DNA of 64,000 nucleotides from the IMG/VR virus record IMGVR_UViG_3300027759_000046, positions 124,001 to 188,000 of that record; one strand, 5' to 3'. Position numbers and translations under genes: made by a program. The notes beneath the pieces were generated by a model. The model was not told the origin of the DNA, ran no database searches, and worked only from the letters and a program-made list of their open reading frames with translations. Shown piece by piece: positions 14,578-23,931 of the stretch (the stretch's first letter is position 1; the number at the start of each line of letters is the position of its first letter).

Positions 14578-15237
14578 TTAGTATCGGCGTAATTTGGCCA
14601 ATGCTCTCTTAGCCTCTTCACCGCGCTGACGAATTTGATCTTTCTCTTCTTGTGACATGTTCTTGTATTGAGCATGAGTCGGATCATCTCCCCAACGTTC
14701 TAAGTGCTCCATATCTCTAACCCATTGTGTGTAATTACTAACTAAATCTTCAATGCTATCTCCTTCTTCGTTACGACCGTTTCGGTATGGGTAGTTAGAG
14801 TAACTGCCTCTTTTACGAAAGCCGTACTCATACAATTCGTCGTTTGGCTCGTATTCGTCCTCGTCATAGTATATGTCGGCTGGATCAAATCGCTCTTGTA
14901 CTGCTCTAGTAAAGGCAGTATCCTTTTGTAAGAAATCAATCGCTGCATCAATTTCAGCCTGATCGTTTGTTTCAACGTATTCATCTCCTTCAGCTACCGC
15001 CAATTCAATGTCAACGATTGTAAAATCTGAAATTCCGTAGAAGTCTCCAAGTTCATGGAATCCATGGCCTTCTTCTCTTTGGGATGGTGTGTATTCTGTT
15101 TCGCCTTCTACTTCAGCCGTGCAAATGTAATCACGACCGTCCATTGTGAATTCAAACTCGCTAATTGTAATAGTGTGAGATCTGCCGTGTCTAGATTCGT
15201 TTACGAATTGGCCGAATTTTGCTACAAAGTTCTTCAT
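14578..15237 (-). CDS. Acidic protein with capsid-targeting-like N-terminus
   Basis: MKNFVAKFGQFVNE. Confidence 0.75.
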   Translation of the reverse strand: MKNFVAKFGQFVNESRHGRSHTITISEFEFTMDGRDYICTAEVEGETEYTPSQREEGHGFHELGDFYGISDFTIVDIELAVAEGDEYVETNDQAEIDAAIDFLQKDTAFTRAVQERFDPADIYYDEDEYEPNDELYEYGFRKRGSYSNYPYRNGRNEEGDSIEDLVSNYTQWVRDMEHLERWGDDPTHAQYKNMSQEEKDQIRQRGEEAKRALAKLRRY

Positions 15238-15255
15238 TAAATAGTATCTTTCTTG

Positions 15256-15516
15256 TTATTTATCCAAGACTCGGTTCACTACTTCGATAGAAACATGCCC
15301 GTCTGCTAAATCCTTTTTAATTTTAACAGTCATTTCGGAATGACCTCTAATGAATAGAACATCGTCAACTACATCCTGTAAATCGTCAGAGCATAATTTC
15401 GGATGTACTATTCCAGGTTGGTAAGGATCAGTCTCAATCTTCTCGGTGAATTCTGCCAGCAGTCTTTTTAATTCCGCTTGCTCAGCCTTGCTTCTTAATT
15501 CTGAACCCTTTAACAT
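15256..15516 (-). CDS. Hypothetical protein
   Basis: 86-aa ORF in operon. Confidence 0.7.
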   Translation of the reverse strand: MLKGSELRSKAEQAELKRLLAEFTEKIETDPYQPGIVHPKLCSDDLQDVVDDVLFIRGHSEMTVKIKKDLADGHVSIEVVNRVLDK

Positions 15517-15517
15517 A

Positions 15518-16171
15518 TTATCCTACGTATTTTGCAAAGTTAACGGCTGCTTCTTGAGCCTCTTCGTATGTCTTGATTGTTTTAGAACCGCGAAGCCTAA
15601 ACGGAATGTGACCTACTGCCCATTCATTTAGGGTCTGGCCTTCTGGGATTGTGTCCAAGTGTTTTGTGAAGTACCTTTCGTATTGCAATAGATCTTCGTC
15701 AGCTGGAACCCAGCTTGCATCAAATAATTTATCGCCCTTACCGAAAGCTTGTGCAGCTCGGTGTGAGTAGCCAACCCATTGTTTAGTTGCTTTCTTCCAG
15801 GCAGTATGCGTGTGTGTTCCCTTCTTGGCAATAAGGCCAGCTGTATAGTACCAGTGACCTCTTGCAAGATCACCAACGTATCCTCCGTCTGGGTGCATGC
15901 ATGAGTTAGGCAAAGTATATGAATCTCCTTCTGGTCCAAACACATGATCTTCAACCAAAAGGCCTGTTGTATTACGAATAGTCTCGATCACTTCAGGGTT
16001 TGGAATAAACTCAAAACCTTCTTCAGTTTTAGTTGAATAAACTCGACTTACTAATTTAGTAAAGCCTAGATTTATATGTACTCGATTTAATCTACTTGTA
16101 CCTGAGTACTCTGGATACTTTTCAAATTTTAACTTGATTTTGCCTAGATACGGCGTGTGATTTTTAATCAT
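15518..16171 (-). CDS. Hypothetical protein
   Basis: 217-aa ORF, WVGYSHRA motif. Confidence 0.75.
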   Translation of the reverse strand: MIKNHTPYLGKIKLKFEKYPEYSGTSRLNRVHINLGFTKLVSRVYSTKTEEGFEFIPNPEVIETIRNTTGLLVEDHVFGPEGDSYTLPNSCMHPDGGYVGDLARGHWYYTAGLIAKKGTHTHTAWKKATKQWVGYSHRAAQAFGKGDKLFDASWVPADEDLLQYERYFTKHLDTIPEGQTLNEWAVGHIPFRLRGSKTIKTYEEAQEAAVNFAKYVG

Positions 16172-16191
16172 CTCTTTTATTTGTTTTTAGT

Positions 16192-16279
16192 TGGCGGAAG
16201 ATGTAGGATTCGAACCTACGGTACCTTGCAGTACAACAGTTTTCAAGACTGCCGCGATCGACCACTCTGCCAATCTTCC
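16192..16279 (-). tRNA. tRNA-Ser(TGA)
   Basis: GCAGT CTTGAAA ACTGT; long variable arm; CCA encoded. Confidence 0.95.
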
Positions 16280-16295
16280 GGTAGTTTATTTAGTA

Positions 16296-16580
16296 TTAAT
16301 TAGTTGAGGCGGTTGTTGCTTTAGTATTACGAACCGACGCAATTGATTTGTTTTTAAACTCAGCCATCTCTTTTGAGCTTACCCAAAGAATTGTTGGACA
16401 AGTGCCGTCCCATTGTGGATCGCTCTTCCAAATCGAAAAAGTCAATTTTGAAAGCTGATCGTCTGTTACTAGATACAGAGTATCCTTTGTAGTTGTTGGC
16501 TGAGCAAAATCAGCGTATTCAGTAGTTTGCCCAAAACCTAGCAATGGACTAAACAATAATGCGAATAAGAATGTTTTCAT
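16296..16580 (-). CDS. Secreted hypothetical protein
   Basis: Signal peptide MKTFLFALLFSPLLGFG. Confidence 0.7.
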   Translation of the reverse strand: MKTFLFALLFSPLLGFGQTTEYADFAQPTTTKDTLYLVTDDQLSKLTFSIWKSDPQWDGTCPTILWVSSKEMAEFKNKSIASVRNTKATTASTN

Positions 16581-16612
16581 ATATTTATTATACTATAATA
16601 AGATGATTCGGT

Positions 16613-17596
16613 TTAGATCATGAAACTCATTCTCTTAAAGAGGTCGATCTGTTCCCGTGTTTCCAATTCAAAGATTCTACGAACCTTATCGTTTTCAATA
16701 ACGAGTATTTTCTGTACATCAGCGATGCTGCCAATATCAGTTAATCTCCATGAGCCTGAATGAGTTGTGCCGATGTTAATGATTTGAGAGTCATTAATTA
16801 TTAGTTGATGAGTCTTGCCAGAATTGGTCTCAGTATTCCAAACTACGAAACCTATACGGTCAGTTCGAGTATCATAAAAAGGAACTGCCCATGGAATCAT
16901 GTTCTGTGCCGATTGGCTGTCTATTGTGCCAAATGAATTACCGTGAGTTTTTAATTGAGCTCTGTCCTTTATTAGGACACTACCTTCTTGCAATACCTTT
17001 AATAGCATTGCCTCAGGCGATTTTGATAAGCTCTGGCGAATTGTCTCCTTGATAGCAGGCTCATCAAGATCTTTTAATAGGCTTGGTAGTTTTGATACTC
17101 GATACGATTGGCAACTGCCAAATAAAATATCATCAACGTTTTCCTGCCGACTCATATAGACTACGCTATCAAACTCTTCAAGTTTGTCCGAATTATCAAG
17201 AAATTCGGACACATTTTTAATGCAACAGTCGTATTCAATATGATGGACCTTATTGTATCCAAAGTGTCGAGCCATCACAAAACCATTTATCATTAATCTC
17301 CATACAGCTAAATGAGTATTTCCGTCTGATAAAAAAGCTGACATTATTCTACCGTTATCACCTGGGCTAAACCATGGCTGGTTGACTAGATCAGGATCAG
17401 TTAAGATTTCATTCTTTTTATCAAATAGACTTAGTACAACCATTTTCTGAATGTCCACCGGAATTGGCGTATGACTCGATATCATTATATCAAAGTCATC
17501 TTGAAAATCTTGCAAAGACTCGACTAGTCGCCTAAGAGTGGATTCGCGCCTATCGTCTGGGCAATACGCAGTAATTAAGATTAGGTCTTTCTGCAT
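16613..17596 (-). CDS. Putative glycosyltransferase-like protein
   Basis: LILITAY...ISSH...HHIEYD GT-A-like pattern; lies in a sugar-enzyme cluster. Confidence 0.5.
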   Translation of the reverse strand: MQKDLILITAYCPDDRRESTLRRLVESLQDFQDDFDIMISSHTPIPVDIQKMVVLSLFDKKNEILTDPDLVNQPWFSPGDNGRIMSAFLSDGNTHLAVWRLMINGFVMARHFGYNKVHHIEYDCCIKNVSEFLDNSDKLEEFDSVVYMSRQENVDDILFGSCQSYRVSKLPSLLKDLDEPAIKETIRQSLSKSPEAMLLKVLQEGSVLIKDRAQLKTHGNSFGTIDSQSAQNMIPWAVPFYDTRTDRIGFVVWNTETNSGKTHQLIINDSQIINIGTTHSGSWRLTDIGSIADVQKILVIENDKVRRIFELETREQIDLFKRMSFMI

Positions 17597-18159
17597 TAAT
17601 TGTATTTTAAGATTTGATCAAGGTCTAAGTGTTCCTCAACTCGCTTGCGATCCTTAATATATTTGGCGGGAATTCCGCCATATAATTTATAAGATTCGTA
17701 TTCTCCGTTAACTAGGCTTAGTGCTCCGAAACCACATCCTTCTGGAATAACTGATCCTGGTAAAACAACTGAATTGCAGCCAATGATTGCATATTTTCCA
17801 ATATAGACTGGGCGATGATCAACATCAGTAAATTCAACTGGAACAAGTGGACCAATTAATACTGCCCCTGAGTAATCATCACTTGACGAATACACTGAAC
17901 ATTTTCCTGAAATATTTGCAAAGTCCTCTACTGTAATTTTGCCTTGGCCAATCAGAGAAACTCCACATGAAATATGCACATAGTCGCCAATCTTGATTCC
18001 TTCTGATCCTGCGCTTAAAATACAAAAATCGTCAATTCGAGTGTTTGAACCAATTTCAATATTTTTTGCATTATAGATTGAGGCTTTGTCCGAGATTAAA
18101 ACATTTTTGCCTAACGCCTTAAATCCAATTTTTAATAGGTCTTCTCTTGTGTAAAACAT
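17596..18159 (-). CDS. Hexapeptide-repeat acetyltransferase (copy 1)
   Basis: Left-handed beta-helix repeats; SSSDDYSG; IGCNSVVLPG. Confidence 0.9.
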   Translation of the reverse strand: MFYTREDLLKIGFKALGKNVLISDKASIYNAKNIEIGSNTRIDDFCILSAGSEGIKIGDYVHISCGVSLIGQGKITVEDFANISGKCSVYSSSDDYSGAVLIGPLVPVEFTDVDHRPVYIGKYAIIGCNSVVLPGSVIPEGCGFGALSLVNGEYESYKLYGGIPAKYIKDRKRVEEHLDLDQILKYN

Positions 18160-18236
18160 ATTTTTTTATGTATTTTTTAGTTGTTATAATTACTTGATCG
18201 ATTTCCTTTTTATAATTAAGATTAAATCTTTCTGCA

Positions 18237-18803
18237 TTAATTGTATTTTGAGATTTGATCAATGTCTAGATGATCTTCAACACGTTTTCTATTCTTAATG
18301 AATTTCGCTGGAGTACCTGCGTAAAGAGTGTATGCGTCGTATTCGCCGTTTGCTAAACTTAGTGCTCCAAAACAACATCCTTCTTGGACAATTGTTCCAG
18401 GTAAAACGACTGAACCACTTCCAATTATAACGTATTTGCCTAATTCGACTGGACGATGGTCAGTGTTTGTAAATTCAGAAGGAATCGTTGGACCTAATAA
18501 GTAAGATCCTGAATAATCATCACTCGAAGAATATACGGATACTCTAGAAGAGAGTCCGCTGAAATCCCCCATTGTAATTTTACCTTTGCCGATTAGAGTT
18601 GCAAAGCATGCAATGTGAACATAGTTGCCTAGTTCGATACCTCCTTCTCCGGCGGATAGGATCGCAAAATCGTCAATTCTGCAGTTATCACCAATTGATA
18701 TGTTGGCAGAATTGTAGATTGAACACTTTTCTGATATTAAAACATTTTTTCCCAAATGTTTAAAATTCATTTTACTTAATTGTTCTGTACTGTAAAAGCT
18801 CAT
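18237..18803 (-). CDS. Hexapeptide-repeat acetyltransferase (copy 2)
   Basis: Close paralog of 17596-18159 with the same C-terminus D...KYN. Confidence 0.9.
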   Translation of the reverse strand: MSFYSTEQLSKMNFKHLGKNVLISEKCSIYNSANISIGDNCRIDDFAILSAGEGGIELGNYVHIACFATLIGKGKITMGDFSGLSSRVSVYSSSDDYSGSYLLGPTIPSEFTNTDHRPVELGKYVIIGSGSVVLPGTIVQEGCCFGALSLANGEYDAYTLYAGTPAKFIKNRKRVEDHLDIDQISKYN

Positions 18804-19438
18804 AATATACCTCCGTCTATTTTTATGTTTATTCCAGTTACGTATTCTGTTTCAATTATAAAATCGACAGTTCTGGATAACTCTTCGATTTCGCCGAATC
18901 TTTTTAATCCGATTGTTTCTTTTATTGCATTTAGATTTCCTTCAGGAATTCTGTATGTCATGCCACCGTCAAAATATCCCAATTGCAGAGTATTCGCAGT
19001 AATTCCCAATCCAATATTTTCAACTGAGATATTTTTAACGAATTTATCTAAAAAAGCTTTACAGCTAGAATAGATTGATGTTCCCATTACATTCTTTTCT
19101 GCAAGAACTGAGCTAATCAAGATGATTCGGCCAAATTTATTCTTTCGCATGTTCTTTAGACAGGCTGACACAACATTAATTGAGCCAGTTATGTTAACCC
19201 TAACGAGTGTTTCAACCTGTTCTTCAGTCAATTTATGTATGAAACCGTCTGCATTTGCGCCAGCTAAATTTACAACAACATCAAATTGATTATTTTCAAA
19301 GAAGAGCTCACATGCGCTCTTGTTCCTAATGTCTAGATCTTTCGATCCAATTGCACTAATATCGTATTTGTGAGATAGCGATTTAGCAAGCTGACTTCCA
19401 AGCCCGCCTGTGCCACCAATAATTAGAACTTTTCTCAT
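18800..19438 (-). CDS. SDR family oxidoreductase (FabG-like)
   Basis: IIGGTGGLG, NLAG, YSSCK, TG.NI.IDGG. Confidence 0.9.
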   Translation of the reverse strand: MRKVLIIGGTGGLGSQLAKSLSHKYDISAIGSKDLDIRNKSACELFFENNQFDVVVNLAGANADGFIHKLTEEQVETLVRVNITGSINVVSACLKNMRKNKFGRIILISSVLAEKNVMGTSIYSSCKAFLDKFVKNISVENIGLGITANTLQLGYFDGGMTYRIPEGNLNAIKETIGLKRFGEIEELSRTVDFIIETEYVTGINIKIDGGIL

Positions 19439-20064
19439 TTCTTATAGATATCAAATTTTGAAAGATCTGGATACGGTAGCTCAAGATCAGCATTTTGCTT
19501 TTTGGTTCCATCCGTATTATAGAATTGGCCCATTAGTAATAGTCCACGTGTTGCAAGTTCTGGCATCATGTAGAAATTCCAGCCTAGCATATCAAAGTTG
19601 TCATCGTGATACGAACACTCGCGTCGCCCAGAGTATCTAGCTCTTTTAAACCATAGGTAAGCTTCGTGATTATCAGTTAAGATTGCACCGCCTTTACTTA
19701 ATTTAAAATGCTTGTAAGGACCGGTAAATGAGATACACATGTGAGTTCCAGGTTTGTACATGTCTGCTGTAAAACTTAGAGCTGAATCCCAAACATTGGT
19801 TGGAGCCAATTGATATGCTCCTTTAATTGTTCGACCTTCGACTGGTGTAAATTTTACCTTTCCGCCAGCGTGAATGATTTCACAAGGAACTGATGGATAT
19901 GTACGGGCTGGAATCGTTATTTCCTGACCAGTAATCTTTTCGTAGTAGAGTGCAAGGAATAGAGCATTACTCTGATTATCCACAGTAATACAGTAAGGTG
20001 CACCAGTATAGTCACATAGAGCTTTTTCAAAGTCTTCGGTTATTTTATAAACACCATTTGCCAT
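19435..20064 (-). CDS. Compact DegT/DnrJ/EryC1/StrS aminotransferase-like protein
   Basis: FEKAL...TG...TY.SVP...DSA...SFTGPYK...GGAILT...GWNFYM; only 209 aa. Confidence 0.75.
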   Translation of the reverse strand: MANGVYKITEDFEKALCDYTGAPYCITVDNQSNALFLALYYEKITGQEITIPARTYPSVPCEIIHAGGKVKFTPVEGRTIKGAYQLAPTNVWDSALSFTADMYKPGTHMCISFTGPYKHFKLSKGGAILTDNHEAYLWFKRARYSGRRECSYHDDNFDMLGWNFYMMPELATRGLLLMGQFYNTDGTKKQNADLELPYPDLSKFDIYKK

Positions 20065-20113
20065 TGTTATTGATTATTATTTTATCTATTCTACTCTGAA
20101 TTGATCTTGAGTT

Positions 20114-20344
20114 TTAGAAAGGCTTCCTATTCTGAAGAGCTTCCCGTTGCCATAGTGGCGTTCGATATTGAATCATTTTGCCCGTCATTTCGTCAAGCGG
20201 CATGCCGAACTGTTGACAGCGATCGGATATTGGGCGATCGTCCTCGTCTTCCGGTTGTAACCATTCTTCGTAAAAAAATCCTAGTGCATGATCGTGACCG
20301 TACACTAGAAGTTTATCTGCAGCGCGTTTTGTGTATCTACTCAT
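20114..20344 (-). CDS. Hypothetical protein
   Basis: YGHDHALGFF motif; stop-start overlap with upstream gene. Confidence 0.7.
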   Translation of the reverse strand: MSRYTKRAADKLLVYGHDHALGFFYEEWLQPEDEDDRPISDRCQQFGMPLDEMTGKMIQYRTPLWQREALQNRKPF

Positions 20345-20997
20345 AGTTCTATTTCAATTGGATTTTGATAATATAATCTGTAACCTAAATCAACAGCCGA
20401 CGCATTAATGAATGTCGTACCGTCTTCTTCATGTACTCCTCTAGCTTCGTGAATGTGGCCAAAGACATGTACCTTAGGCTTTATCTCTTTTACCTTCTTT
20501 AATAGAAGAGGGCAACCGACATTCAAACCTTCTCTTACTGTTTCGTCCAAGATTCCATGAGGCGGGCCGTGTGTTATTAGAACATCGACTCCATCAGGTA
20601 TTAAATCCCAGTGCTGGCCTATCTCATTTGCCAATCGGTTAAATGCCCAATTATGGAACCATGGAGTTACTGGACTGCCCCAGAATTTGATTCCTTCTAT
20701 TGTAACTCCACTATCATTTAAGTAGGTAACTCCAGGATACTCGGCTAAAATTTTAGCCGCTGTGTCGGGCATTGTCTCAAAAAGAAAATCGTGGTTACCT
20801 GCAATTAATATCTTGTGCATGTACGGTAACTGGCTAAACCAGTCTAGGAAGTCTCTAATCTCACCAGCAGTTCCTCGACCTGATACATCACCTGCGTGTA
20901 CCAAGATTGGTCCGCCTGGCAACATGCTCGTAAGATCATCACGAGTATTCTTGTCTTTAATTAACCAGTGCGTGTCGCTAATGAATGTAATTTTCAT
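20341..20997 (-). CDS. Calcineurin-like metallophosphoesterase
   Basis: ISDTH, HAGD, AGNHD, ITHGPP, FGHIHE. Confidence 0.9.
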   Translation of the reverse strand: MKITFISDTHWLIKDKNTRDDLTSMLPGGPILVHAGDVSGRGTAGEIRDFLDWFSQLPYMHKILIAGNHDFLFETMPDTAAKILAEYPGVTYLNDSGVTIEGIKFWGSPVTPWFHNWAFNRLANEIGQHWDLIPDGVDVLITHGPPHGILDETVREGLNVGCPLLLKKVKEIKPKVHVFGHIHEARGVHEEDGTTFINASAVDLGYRLYYQNPIEIEL

Positions 20998-21002
20998 GGT
21001 TC

Positions 21003-21275
21003 TTATCTAAATTGATTAATAATTTCTGTGATAGCGGATTGAGGTTTTACGCCGCTTAGAGTCTTTACCACTTCACCATTCTTTTCAAAAATAATTGTTG
21101 GTATTGATCGTATGTTGTATTTTCGACATAGATCTGGGTCTTCGTCTGCGTTTACCTTTATGATCTCAACTTCGCTATCTGGTTTATTATACTCATTAGT
21201 GAGGCTCTCTAGCACAGGCATCATTGCCTTACATGGACCGCACCATGGAGCCCAAAAATCAATTACTTTTAACAT
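21003..21275 (-). CDS. trxA: Thioredoxin
   Basis: DFWAPWCGPCK; IRSIPT. Confidence 0.95.
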   Translation of the reverse strand: MLKVIDFWAPWCGPCKAMMPVLESLTNEYNKPDSEVEIIKVNADEDPDLCRKYNIRSIPTIIFEKNGEVVKTLSGVKPQSAITEIINQFR

Positions 21276-21284
21276 AGTTTCTTA

Positions 21285-21521
21285 TTATTTTATTAATGTG
21301 TCTGGTTTCTTGGGCTCCTTGATTTGAAACTGCTCGTTCACGTGTCCGCATTTTGTGCAAACGAATGTCGGAACTGGTACAATCATGTCCTCAGCTGAAC
21401 CAGTTAGCAGCCTTGATATTTTTCGTAAATAACTTGCTTCAGTAAATGTTGAGTTTCCACATGATTCGCAAACGATTGCAGTTGAATTTTCAAGGCCCAC
21501 TCGTACTTGTTGATTTTCCAT
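21285..21521 (-). CDS. Zn-ribbon hypothetical protein
   Basis: CESC...CTKC. Confidence 0.75.
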   Translation of the reverse strand: MENQQVRVGLENSTAIVCESCGNSTFTEASYLRKISRLLTGSAEDMIVPVPTFVCTKCGHVNEQFQIKEPKKPDTLIK

Positions 21522-21529
21522 ATCAGTTA

Positions 21530-22189
21530 TTATTTTCTATTGTCTATGTATATGTAAATTTCTTTATAATATTGAATAAAATGTTCGTTTTTTAAATCCC
21601 ACGTGATATCAGCCCCGTCCACTGAAAAGACTCTATAGTTATTGAAATTCGGTAATATGGTATCTCTAAAATGTCTAAATTTTTCCTTTAATATTCCACC
21701 ACTCAAATGAAATTCTCCCACAATTTTTGGAATGGTCTTTAAATAAGGAATATTTTCTTCTGAAAATATATCATACTCCCCACCTTCACACTCAAACTTA
21801 AAAAAATCTATATGTTCCAATCGATTTAATTTAATAAACTTGTTAAATGTTAAAGTATTAACTGACTCATCATACCCGTCCCAATTTATTTTACAATATT
21901 TGTCACTAGTGATTGCAGCATTTGTAAAAGACACAGGGTATCCATGTAAATTTTTTTTCAACGTATCAAAAAAAACCGATAAAGGTTCAACCGCATAACA
22001 ATGTTTTGGTTTTTTATCTAAAACTCTATAAGTAAATTCACCGACGGTTGCTCCAATGTCTACAACAATATCACCTTCTTCAACTTCGAAAAACTTTTCA
22101 TAATCATTTACTCCGTTAAATATTTCGTCTGTTACTTGTTTTTTGAAACTTTCTGAGGTTGGCCCCCAATTAAAATTATCTAAGTTCAT
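21530..22189 (-). CDS. FkbM-family methyltransferase
   Basis: VDIGATVG, AVEP, KFECEGGE. Confidence 0.8.
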   Translation of the reverse strand: MNLDNFNWGPTSESFKKQVTDEIFNGVNDYEKFFEVEEGDIVVDIGATVGEFTYRVLDKKPKHCYAVEPLSVFFDTLKKNLHGYPVSFTNAAITSDKYCKINWDGYDESVNTLTFNKFIKLNRLEHIDFFKFECEGGEYDIFSEENIPYLKTIPKIVGEFHLSGGILKEKFRHFRDTILPNFNNYRVFSVDGADITWDLKNEHFIQYYKEIYIYIDNRK

Positions 22190-22249
22190 GATTATCTTTA
22201 TTTAATATTATTTTACTCTAGTTTTATAATTAGTTTAGTCTAGTGAAAC

Positions 22250-22276
22250 AAAAAAGGGAGCTTACGGGCTCCCTTT
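22250..22276 (-). terminator. Intrinsic terminator
   Basis: GGGAGC-CCGTAA-GCTCCC followed by TTTTTT. Confidence 0.8.
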
Positions 22277-22298
22277 GAATTCAGCTGTTGTAATTAGA

Positions 22299-22481
22299 TT
22301 ACTTTACAGTTGAAGTGCTCGCAGCTGTGTCAGCATTAACGGCTGTTGTGTCTACTGCACAAGAATCAACGCAAACAGCGGTTGAGTCAGTTGAAGTAGA
22401 GGCAGCATCGGTTGTTCCTGAGTTACAGCTTGTTGCGATAACCATCATGGCAATTGCCATAGCAAAAATTGCTTTTTTCAT
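22299..22481 (-). CDS. Small lipoprotein
   Basis: MKK-hydrophobic-IATSC lipobox, then Thr/Asp/Ser-rich tail (Bacteroidota-style). Confidence 0.75.
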   Translation of the reverse strand: MKKAIFAMAIAMMVIATSCNSGTTDAASTSTDSTAVCVDSCAVDTTAVNADTAASTSTVK

Positions 22482-22523
22482 AGATATTTGTTTTTTTGTA
22501 GAGTTATTATACCACCTAGTGTA

Positions 22524-22928
22524 TCAAAGTTTCCCACTCTTCTTATTTAATTCGCGAATTTGTTTGAGAACCCAGCGCTGAGCCGCATCAGCGTCTCGAT
22601 CTGATTTATTACACGCAGTAATCTCGTATGGATGGTTCTCATAGTTTCGACCGTACTGGTCAAAGTACTGATCGTATTTCTCGTGAATCGGTTGTCTAAA
22701 GTGAGTGTACTCATGTATCACAGTTTTAACCCAGTCCTTAAGGGTCGCATGTTTTTTAGGATTAAGCGTAATTATATTACTCACTTCATCGTACTCGCCA
22801 AAGTAACAGAAGTTAGAATTAATACGCAGCTTAAGAGTATCTAATTTTGCAAACCTGCTTGGGCCGTACTTTTGAATACACCAGTCCAGTGCAAGCAGAG
22901 CACTCTTTCTGGAGACAAGGTTGACCAT
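22524..22928 (-). CDS. HExxH zincin-like metallopeptidase
   Basis: VIHEYTH and PYE motif. Confidence 0.7.
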   Translation of the reverse strand: MVNLVSRKSALLALDWCIQKYGPSRFAKLDTLKLRINSNFCYFGEYDEVSNIITLNPKKHATLKDWVKTVIHEYTHFRQPIHEKYDQYFDQYGRNYENHPYEITACNKSDRDADAAQRWVLKQIRELNKKSGKL

Positions 22929-22984
22929 GATGATAGTTAAAGATTTCTGTATTATTTATCTTATCATTTTTAGGTAACCTGGTT

Positions 22985-22994
22985 TATAAATAAC
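22985..22994 (+). promoter_or_regulatory. T4-late-like promoter TATAAATAAC for the lysis cassette
   Basis: 20 nt before the ATG at 23015; the same motif precedes many virion-type genes (7321, 11304, 34667, 39407, 42557, 45811, 49477, 49999, 51057). Confidence 0.7.
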
Positions 22995-23014
22995 CTAAAT
23001 TACGTTTTTTAACA

Positions 23015-23626
23015 ATGAGTCTAAAAGTATTACAGGAAAAGATCGGGGTGACTCCGGATGGAGCTTTCGGTCCTGGAACAATGAAAGCTGCAATGGCTTA
23101 CTTTAAATTAACCCCAGTTAGAGCTGCACACTTCTTTGCACAAACAGCCCACGAGACTGGCGATTATCAACTATTCACCGAGAACCTAAACTATTCAGCG
23201 CAAGGTCTTCAAACGACGTTTGGCAAGTATTTTCCAGGTAATCTTGAAGAGTCCTATGCTCGTCAGCCTGAAAAAATAGCCAGTCGAGTTTACGCTGACC
23301 GAATGGGTAACGGTAACGAAGCCTCAAAGGAAGGCTATACGTTTAGAGGTCGTGGTGCTTTGCAAACAACTGGCAAATCGAATTATGCAGCATTCTCTAA
23401 GTACCTAAATAAACCAGAGATCATGGCAAACCCTGATCTTGTTGCAACAACTTATGCATTCGAGTCAGCTATGTACTTCTTTGATAAGAACAAGTTATGG
23501 GATATTTGCGATAAAGGTGTCAATGACGCCGCTATCTTGGAATTAACTAAGAGAATTAATGGCGGAACAAATGGTCTAGCTGATCGATCGGCTAAGACTT
23601 ACAAATATTATGCCTACGTAAAATAA
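23015..23626 (+). CDS. GH19 chitinase-like endolysin
   Basis: AHFFAQTAHETG, FRGRGALQTTG, INGG.NG. Confidence 0.9.
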   Translation: MSLKVLQEKIGVTPDGAFGPGTMKAAMAYFKLTPVRAAHFFAQTAHETGDYQLFTENLNYSAQGLQTTFGKYFPGNLEESYARQPEKIASRVYADRMGNGNEASKEGYTFRGRGALQTTGKSNYAAFSKYLNKPEIMANPDLVATTYAFESAMYFFDKNKLWDICDKGVNDAAILELTKRINGGTNGLADRSAKTYKYYAYVK

Positions 23627-23635
23627 TTAAATTCA

Positions 23636-23914
23636 ATGGAAAATCAATCGCCAGTTAGCGGATTCTTTGAAGTATTTCTTTCAAAATTAAAGGAGCAATC
23701 CTTTGTAATTATCCTGATGCTTGGGGTAATTTACTACCAGCACAGATTAATGGAAGAGCGCGTTGCCTTTTGGCAAGAACAATACGAGAAAAAGGACGCA
23801 TACATTGAACAAACAGTCAAAGACGACAAGGCTGCTGCCCTGGGCCGAATAGAATATCTTCAAACTCAAAGAGATAAGTACGTCGATGAGGCTTTGGAAG
23901 AGTTAAGGAAATAA
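23636..23914 (+). CDS. Putative holin/membrane protein
   Basis: One TM helix plus coiled-coil tail, between two wall-enzyme genes. Confidence 0.5.
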   Translation: MENQSPVSGFFEVFLSKLKEQSFVIILMLGVIYYQHRLMEERVAFWQEQYEKKDAYIEQTVKDDKAAALGRIEYLQTQRDKYVDEALEELRK

Positions 23915-23931
23915 TAAAATAACAGGTAAGT

